Notes under the pieces: generated by a model
Databases searched by the model: none
The model's input: only the letters and a program-made list of their open reading frames with translations
What the model was told of the DNA's origin: nothing
DNA from: Amoeboaphelidium protococcarum X5
Lineage: Eukaryota > Fungi > Aphelidiomycota
Length of the DNA: 64,000 nt
Direction: 5' to 3'
Assembly (NCBI GenBank): GCA_023515725.1
Contig: JALDTO010000246.1
Location: forward strand, 427,014-491,013
Translations under genes and position numbers: made by a program
Part shown: positions 55,318 through 64,000 of the stretch, piece after piece
Layout of the letters: every line of letters begins with the position of its first letter
Position numbering within the stretch: position 1 is the stretch's first letter

Positions 55318-55827
55318 TTATTCTGTCATAGTTTAAATAAATATTGGCATCATAATTTTTGAGTATTTTTTTGGTTTCGATCATTTCTCTATTGTTAATT
55401 CACTATTTGATTAAAGTCGTCAGATTTGCGATACTGCTCTCTTAGAATCTCAAAACTATCCTATATTATCTGATGCGATAGATACTAACGCGAGCTAGTA
55501 ATGAACCCCAGTGCTGGATTAGGTACTCTGGTGATCTTCTGTAAAGAGAGTGAGTATCTTAGAGAAATGGAAGAGGCGCCGCGCTTAATTCAATTAAGTT
55601 TTCCGTTTCAGAGCCAGCCAGTCGCGTTTCTCGTTTTGAAACTTTTAATTCCTCAATTTCACGCCTCATTCAGTAAAGCTCTTTTAATCCTACTGGTTAT
55701 ACTTGAGCTGTCCTTTGGTGTTGCGATATCTTGATTTAAGCTTTTGTGAGTACATCTTATTATCAGTCTTACCGTGTGTGTGAGTGATATATACATTTCT
55801 TACTGGATAATTAAAGTAGTATTCGAG

Positions 55828-58800
55828 ATGGATGATTTGTTTTCAGATGATACTCCTGCAATGAAGAGAGGTATGGTCAAGTCGGACGAGGTGGCTGCCG
55901 CGCGAGATATGCCTGCCATGAAGAAGACTAGAGTGTCTAGTAAAGATGACAATTATGATGATAATGATGCTTTGAATGCACTGGAAGATGATGCTGCAAG
56001 TTAGAATGGCGGCGGCGGTGATGATGATGCAAGTGATGGCGAGTATGACATATCTGCGGAAGAGCTGAGTTAGTAGTAGCAATAGACTCAAGCTTACACT
56101 CAGCAGAGAGAGGAGCGCCGTAGAAGAATGAAAGATGTTGATGGAGCTGCAGAGGTGGGAATTTTTGAGAATTTGTAGATCGTGAATTTCATGTGTCACA
56201 AGTTTCTGGAGATTAATTTCGGTCCCAGGATTAATTTCATAGTCGGCCTCAATGGTAGTGGTAAGAGTGCTGTGCTGACTTCCATCATGGTTTGTCTGGG
56301 TGGCAAGGCTAATGTCACTAATCGTGCATCTAATTTGAAAGATCTGATAAGAACTGGTGAGCAGTAGGCTGAGATAAGGCTACGTATCAAGAATGAAGGT
56401 GTAGATGCGTATAAGCCCGAGTTGTTTGGCGAGCGCATAACTATTGTGCGTACTCTTGTCCGCGGTCATGGTACGTCGGCGTACAAATTGTTGAGTCAGA
56501 CTGGCAAAGTTGTATCTACGCTGAAATCTGAGCTGAATAATATGCTCGACCATATGACCATCTAGCCTGATAATCCTCTTCTAATCCTTCATCAGGACGC
56601 TGCTCGTCATTTCTTGTAGAGCTCCACCGAGGCCGATCGTTACAATCTGTTTATGCAGGGAACTCAGTTGCTACAACTGCATGAAGATTACTAGAAAGTC
56701 CGCCAGTCATTTAAAGGTCTCGAGGACTACGTTGTTGTGCAGAAAGCTCTTCTTCCTGATTTGAGAACTGATGCCAGTCAGGCACACAAGCGCTTGAAGT
56801 AGTTGGAAGCTGCCATGACTTTGGATGAGAGAATCCAGCGTGCTAAGAAGGAAGCTTTCTGGTGTACCGTCTATGAAATTGAGGACAAGGTGAAGCAATT
56901 ACAAGAGAAGGTTGATTTGAGAGAAGCCAAGATCCCCGATGCCTAGTTGGAAGTGATGACACATGAAAAGCAGATTAACGAGTTGACTGAGCGCGTGAGA
57001 GAGTTGAACAATGCAGCAGAAGTGTATAAACAGGCTAGTGATCCTCTGTTGGAGAAGAAGAATGAACTTAAGCAGTACAAGGCACAGGTGACTAATGAGA
57101 GTAAGAATCTGGTGAATCAAGAGCTAGAGATGAACTCTGAATTGTAGAGATTGAAGACGCATAAGGCTTAATTTGATAAGTAGATTGCTGAAGAGCGTCT
57201 GCGTACTTCACCTGAGCAGATTGCGGAATAACGTGCTAAGAAGGAGGCTGACATTTAGTCTGTATAGCAGCAGTTGCAAGAGAAAGACGTTGAAATTGAC
57301 TAGTTTTAGACCGAATTGACTGACCTGAATTCCGGAAATTATCAAGAGCAGCTGGACGATAAGATTCGTAATGCCACAAACTAGCTCAAAATAATTGAAA
57401 ATGACAAGTATTAGCTTCAATACTAAATTCGTAACATGGAACTTAATCTTGGGAATCCTCTAGCCGTCTATGGACCGGAGCTATTGCCTATGCTTCAGGA
57501 AATCTAGAAGCTGTCTCAATAAGGCAGATTTCGCACTATGCCTATTGGTCCGATTGGAGCTCATATCCAATTGACTGATAATACTTTTGTGGCTCCTATA
57601 AATGCTCATATTGGTGTCAACGCTCCGTTTGCGTTTATTGTAGGATCTTCGGAGGATTCTAAGCTATTGAAGAAGGTTTTCACTCAGTACAAGTACGGTA
57701 TCAAGGACATGTTTGGTAACATCAGATTTCCTCATGACGTCTATGTGGCCTAATTTGATCCCTAATTTGACTGTTCTATCGGTATGCCTGCCAGAGATGG
57801 AAGATATTCCACCATCTTGGATGTCATGTAGATTGATAATCCGCTTGTTTTGTAGTTGTTGGTCAATATCTTTGGAATTGAGCAGGTTATTTTGGTTAAA
57901 GAGCGAAAAGTCGGTGAAGCCTTGATGTCTCGCTAGTGGCCGAAGAACGTTAGTAATTGTTATGATGCTGCAGCGAATAAGATTGGACATCGCGGTGGCG
58001 GCTCTGTGAATATGAATATGGGCGGAAAGGCTTAGTCGCTCGACAGCGGATTTGGTATGTTGTGCACTGGTAGGTAGAACGCTGCCATGTTGGAGAGATT
58101 CCAATAGCGTCTTGCTTATGTTGATGAGACGATCCATGTGTATCACAAAAACTTGTGTGCATTCAGGCAGTAGATCAATGAAATTGATGCTCGTCGTCGC
58201 TAATTGGAATAGAGTGTCAACAATGCCCGTGCTCAAAGATAGAGATTGGTTGATACACTCGCTCAGATGAATGAAGATCTGGAAGAATTCAACTTAGCTG
58301 CTTTAAATGACGCAGTCTTGAATCTCGAGAAGGACTTGAAGGGTATTGAGGAGCAGATTGACACTTTAAAGTCTCAGTTTCCGCATTTGTTGATTGCTAG
58401 AGAGGATAATAGGAAGAAGGGCGAGTAAGTGGACTAGTAGATTAGTCAGCTGGATGTGGAGCTGTAAGAGTTGCACACCAAGTTTTAGAGTGAGAAGGAA
58501 ATCCTGGAGGAAGAGGCTCGCGCTCTGGGTCGATTGAAGTTCAACTAGGCTCACTACACTGCACAATTGTAAAAGTACAACGCTGAGTTGCAGGAAGCTA
58601 GAGAGGAATTACAGAAGGGATAGGACAATTATGATACGGCCGTCACCATGGCTCGTGAGTTTTGCGAATTGATTGAGCGTGTTGACTTGGAGCATTCCAC
58701 ATCCGAAAGATATCGTCGCCATATTGAATCGTTGCAAAAGTAGTTGGAGAAGAAGGAGGCTGATTAGGGATCATTGGATGAAGCTGTGGAAAATTTCCGT

Positions 58801-59436
58801 ATTAAGTAGTCTGCTCTTGAGAATGTGGAGTAGGAAATTGAGTTGAATAACTAATTGATTCAAAAGTTGCGTCATGCTTACATCACTCGTATGGCATCTC
58901 TGAAGAAGTTTAAAGAGAATATTGCCGTTAGAGCTGGATAGGCGTTTTGCTGGTTGCTGAGACATCGTCAATATGTCGGATACCTCAAGTTCGATCATTA
59001 GAAGAAGCGTTTAATCGTCCATGTTGAAACTGGTGGTAAAGGCGATCAGTAGGAAACCACGGCCACTCAAGTTGAGGAAAACCGTAAGGCTGCCCGTCGT
59101 AAGAAGGATCCAAAGTCACTGAGTGGTGGTGAAAAGAGTTTTGCCACCGTCTGTCTTCTGCTTGCTCTATGGGAAGCTATGGGGTGCACCATCCGTGCTT
59201 TGGATGAATTTGACGTTTTCATGGATACTGTGAATAGAAAATTGTCTATGGATTTACTGATTGGCACTGCCAGGGATTCTCTGCGCACTCAGTACATTCT
59301 CATTACTCCTCAATCTATGGGCAGTAATGTAGTAACAGGTCCTGATATCAAAGTTATACGCATGGAGGACCCTGAGAGACGTTGGCAGGGTGGGCAACAG
59401 GTTCTGGATCGTTACATGCCGCAAAATGGATAATGA
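55828..59436 (+). CDS. SMC6: Structural maintenance of chromosomes protein Smc6, ~1202 aa
   Basis: NFMCH, INFIVGLNGSGKSAVLT, TNRASNLKDLI, DNP..ILHQD.AR.FL, hinge PIGPIG, LSGGEKSFAT..LLLALWEAM, ALDEFDVFMD, ILITPQ. Confidence 0.95.
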
Positions 59437-59829
59437 ATGTTCTTTTGAAAGTTTCGCACGTACTTGTTGAGTTGTTTGATATGCTGTATTGTGATCAATG
59501 AAATGAGTTTATTGTATCTTAGTGTTCTGTACTTCATAGTGCATCTTATCTCTTCTATCACGCGCCTTGTCACGGCATTCTCTCCTCATTAGATTGTTGT
59601 TTCAGATTGACCGAGTAAAAACTACTTGTGAGGCAACGAGGACGCCCCAAAGTCGAAAACGCGTTGCCAATTTCCCGTTTCAGATCTGCCACTCGCCACA
59701 ATTAGAGCCAGAATGGGTGACCATGAATATGGATGGATTGCCAGAGTACAATGAGGCGCCGCCCACCACTGCTTCTCCCCTCTTTGTTACAGCAATAATA
59801 CAATGCAAACGCAAAAATAATTATCAAGT

Positions 59830-60846
59830 ATGGACAATGTCACCACTGTCTCTACTAGCTCCCCTAAGTTAAGTTCTGCTAATTCTTAAAGGACATCGAC
59901 ATCTTCTTCTGTTACACCTACAGCTGCTTAATGTTTAAATGGCCCTAATCAAGATCTCTCAGTTACTGGCAGAGTTGATGATCCATTGTCTCAACATGCA
60001 CTAGATCGTCATCATCATCATCACCATCAACTTAATGCCGTTCAGTACCCGTATCCTCAGCTGTACAATTGCTCCACACCCGTGCACTCTCCTGCTAGAA
60101 TGCATACTCCGTACTATTCCTCTGCACCGATGCCTTATCCGTTACATCCAACTGGCATGCCTGCTTATCCTACATTTCATCCTCGCGCTTAATCTCATTA
60201 CCCATACAATCAGGCTAATGTCTAGTAGTTATAAAGGTAAAACTCCTATCCTGGTATGACTTGTACTATGGCCAAACAGGTTAAGCGTTAATCAGAGTTG
60301 TAAGAACGTCTGGAGACTGAAGATTGTGTATTCCAACTACTGCGTCTGTCTCAACAAAATCATCTATCAAATGCTCCTCCTACGCCGCAATAACGTTCAA
60401 AGCTCTAATCGTAAACTGTTAAAGATTCAGTGATGATAAAGTCGTAATTAAAGCGATCTTCACTAGAAAGTGATAATGATGATGATCAACATCAGTAAGA
60501 GCAGGAAGTTGAAAACAAAATTCCACGACCACCAAATGCTTTCATGCTATACCGTAAAGATCATCATCACCTAATTAAGAAGGAGATGCAGGAGAACCCT
60601 CAAGATCACAGTGGTAAATAGTTCACAGTACCAGAAATTAGTAAAGTTCTTGGTGCGAGATGGAAGTCTGAGAGTGAGGAGGTGAAGATGAAGTACCATG
60701 AGATGGCCAGACTGGCTGATGAAGAGCACCGAAAACTCTATCCAGGCTACAAGTATAGTCCAAAGAAGCGTCGTAAATTGGCTGGCTCTTATAATAACTA
60801 AGCCGCTGATAAACTGATAAATTAAAACAATAAGTTAAATGCATGA
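59830..60846 (+). CDS. Sequence-specific HMG-box transcription factor (SOX/MATA-HMG type), ~338 aa
   Basis: KIPRPPNAFMLYRKDHH...EISKVLGARWKSESEEVKMKYHEMA....EEHRKLYPGYKYSPKKRRK; His/Pro/Gln-rich N-terminus. Confidence 0.88.
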
Positions 60847-61230
60847 TGCCTCATCTGTTGTTGGTAGTGATAATAAAATGACATTATATGAACGCGATAA
60901 TTTTTACTAATGCGCTTAGGTGATACTTTCATCATGTTATTTACTGTACATGTAACGTTATATAATATGATGAAACATACTATACCTCAACTTCAGTTCT
61001 GGAATTAACCTTTTCATAATGCTAATGTCCCACACTCCAAAATCATCATCAATCGTCACCGAATCAGAACGCGACCGCCCGAGAATTGATCGAGCGAGAA
61101 ACAACCTTAGCGAGTTCTTTGTTCTTTGACAGTATTAGAAAAGTCGCCATAATTTATCCTAAAGAACCTCGCTTAATTTGATTTTCATTTTAAAATAATT
61201 TAGACTTTATAGAAGAAGTGAAATAGCGAT

Positions 61231-62604
61231 ATGGCATCCGATGGCGTATAAGTGAATGTAGATGTCTCTAAACTGACTCCGCTTTCTCCAGAGGTTATTA
61301 GCAATTAGGCAACTATCAATATTGGTACTATTGGCCATGTAGCTCACGGTAAATCTACAGTGGTCAAAGCAATCAGTGGAGTGTAGACTGTCAGACACAA
61401 GACGGAGTTGGAGCGTAATATTACCATCAAGTTGGGATATGCTAATGCGAAAATTTATGAATGTGATCAGTGTCCTCGCCCGCTAAAGTACAAATCATTC
61501 AGAAGTGATAAGGAGGTTCAGTTCAAGTGTGAAGAGCCAAACTGTGGTGGCACCATGCACCTGAAGCGACACGTGTCTTTTGTTGACTGTCCCGGTCACG
61601 ATATTCTTATGGCGACCATGTTAAACGGTGCAGCAGTTATGGATGCTGCGATGCTTCTAATCGCTGGCAATGAATCGTGTCCTTAGCCGTAGACTAGCGA
61701 GCACTTGGCAGCTATTGAGATTATGAAGCTTAATCACGTTATTATATTGCAGAATAAGATTGATCTTATCAGTGAGTAGTAAGCTGCTGAGTAGTACAAG
61801 TCTATACTCAAATTCATTAATGGCACTGTTGCTCAGAAGGCCCCCATTGTGCCAATATCTGCATAGATGAAGTACAACATTGACGCTGTGAATGAGTACA
61901 TATGTAAAAAGGTGCCAGTGCCTGTAAGAGATTTTACTGCTCCTGCGCGGTTGATCGTCATTAGATCTTTTGACGTTAATAAGCCCGGAACTGAGTATTA
62001 GGATCTCAAAGGAGGTGTCGCTGGTGGGTCTATTTTATAAGGATGCCTCAAGTTGGGCGATGAGATTGAAGTGAGGCCTGGTATTGTATCTAAAGATTCT
62101 GAGGGCAAGTTCCGTGTCCGACCAATCTTGTCGCGTATTGTCTCTCTCCATACCGAGTAGAATCATTTACAATTTGCAGTTCCCGGCGGACTTATCGGTG
62201 TAGGTACACAGATTGATCCGACTGTGTGCAGATCAGATCGTCTAGTAGGACAGGTGCTAGGTGCTCGTGGAACTTTGCCTGAAATTTACACTGAGCTGGA
62301 AATTACGTACTTTCTACTTCGTCAACTGCTTGGTGTCAGATCAACGACTGAGAACAAATAACTCACTAAAGTTACAAAATTGGCCAAGAATGAGACTCTG
62401 ATGGTTAATATCGGTTCCACCACTGCCGGATGCAAAGTGTTGAATGTTAAGGCTGATATGGCCAAGATTTATCTGACCGTGCCTTGTTGCACAGAGATTG
62501 GTGAGAAGGTGGCTCTGAGCAGAAGAATTGACAGACACTGGAGATTGATCGGATGGGGTAAAATTACTCGCGGTGTTACCATTGAGCCTTAGGACGCGCT
62601 TTGA
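61231..62604 (+). CDS. GCD11: Translation initiation factor eIF2 gamma
   Basis: [82 protein letters not shown]. Confidence 0.97.
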
Positions 62605-62923
62605 GTAATTGCAGTATTAATAAAGTTTATATTCTGAATCCTTTCTAGTTTTTTACAGTTAAGTGCGATAATTTTTAATTTTAGTAATATCACGAAAGCC
62701 AAAGGATCGTTATGCATTGGACATCATAAGGAGGTTGACAACAAAAAACTTCGGCGAAACTGATTGGTTGCCATGATGACAACATGAAAGTAAGCAACAG
62801 TAGAAGGGAGCCAGGCAACAAGCAAAACACCAGCATCCAACCTCCTCTGCTTTAGTTAGATACTATTATTTAAACAATATCGACGACAAACCTGCAATTT
62901 CAATTCTAGCTTCAATAAAGATA

Positions 62924-64000
62924 ATGTTTAAAAGCACTTTAATTGTTGCAGCGATAGTTTAGCTGATCTTATAATCGCCTGTTTCAGGCCATCAGATTAA
63001 ATCTGATCAGCAGACATATTAGCAGTTTGAAACTAATCCTATGGGAAATTTGCAAAATTATGAGTTTGTATCTTACAGTAATATAATGCTACATCCTGAA
63101 TCTCTACGTCAGCGCCTTGTCAAGAGAAGTTATACACCTCAGAGCTCTGATCAGTTTCTACTGGAGATGGATGCATACAACACAACGTTTTGCTTCCTGA
63201 TGTAGCCAAATGAGAATTTATTACATCCTCATGTGAAATGGAGAAGCCATCAGAAAGGAATATCAGCAAAATCGCGTAGTCAAGTAGTTGAAAATGATCT
63301 GACAGATGTTAAAGTATACAAAGGCCATGTGGTTGATGCAGCAAGACATTCGGCAAGCGGTGTTGCAGATGCTAAATAATCGTACGACTGTTCCTGGCAG
63401 TCAATCAGCCCTGATTTGATCGAAGAGAATGGAAACAGAAACTGGGCCAGATTTGTGGTTAAAGACAAGTTATTTGCAAGTCAATGCCAGAGTCAGCTCA
63501 AGTCATCGGTCGCTGCTAATTCAGATTCCAACTATGATAATCTTGAAGAAGATGGACCTGTGGAAGAGAAAATTACAATGCAACATCAAATTGAGGGCGC
63601 CTTCAAGTACAATGGTGAGATCTACACGGTGAAAAGTGTTAAAACTTACGAGAGTGTTAAACATGTGCGCGACAAAGAAGTTCCTAAGCTGCACAAGAGA
63701 CACGTTATGCACAGAAATGCCGAGATGGTTATCTACAAGTTGTCTGATATCAAATAGGATAATGCTCATGGCCCTCATTCTTGGTGTGGTCATGATCATT
63801 TGGATGTGAATATGAATGGTGATGCTCAGAGATATTATGAAAGTTTGAAGCAGAGAGTTCCAACTTCGCTCATCAATAGTCCTGTGGAGGAGTTGCTTAA
63901 AAATGGTTTTAAGAATTTGCGTCAATAATCAAGATCCATCCATAAGCGCGCTGTTGTGTCTGGATGTCCAACTACTAAAAAGATTTTGTATATGGGAGTT
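62924..64000 (+). CDS. ADAM/reprolysin-type metalloprotease, 5' part (signal + prodomain)
   Basis: Signal peptide; AYNTTF...PNENLLHP, WARF, EGAF..NG..Y, MVIYKLSD, Cys-switch CGHD, KR-AVVSGCPTTKKILYMGV typical of fungal ADAMs; catalytic motif lies beyond the window. Confidence 0.75.

Overview
Gene-dense, intron-poor eukaryotic (opisthokont, fungus-like) DNA that uses a non-standard nuclear code: TAA/TAG are read as Gln and every gene ends in TGA (translation table 6). The supplied standard-code ORF track therefore shows only fragments of long continuous ORFs. This code plus fungal-type genes suggests an aphelid such as Amoeboaphelidium protococcarum (inference). Re-read with TAR=Gln, the window holds about 30 host genes: MCM7 (5' part), HEI10, BUB1, a WEE1-like kinase, ATG18, VAC14, a coilin-like gene, two mucin-stalk receptor kinases, thiamine pyrophosphokinase, an SGNH lipase, PPC decarboxylase, a choice-of-anchor A protein, dynein intermediate chain, ferrochelatase, a CCDC186/GRIPAP1-like gene, a GPI-anchored Gly-Thr-Pro repeat protein, NPC1, DBP2, RPL24, SMC6, an HMG-box factor, eIF2-gamma and an ADAM protease (5' part), plus a tRNA-Leu(AAG). 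The accessory content is the main interest. There are two divergent Fanzor1/TnpB-like RNA-guided nuclease genes (16156-18244 + and 40444-42690 -). The second converges on an intact 810-aa Crypton-like tyrosine recombinase (37297-39729 +) across a hairpin-rich spacer, and the two genes share an upstream TTTTGCAC motif, making a candidate tyrosine-recombinase/Fanzor/omegaRNA element. All calls come from manual translation and motif recognition; no searches were run.
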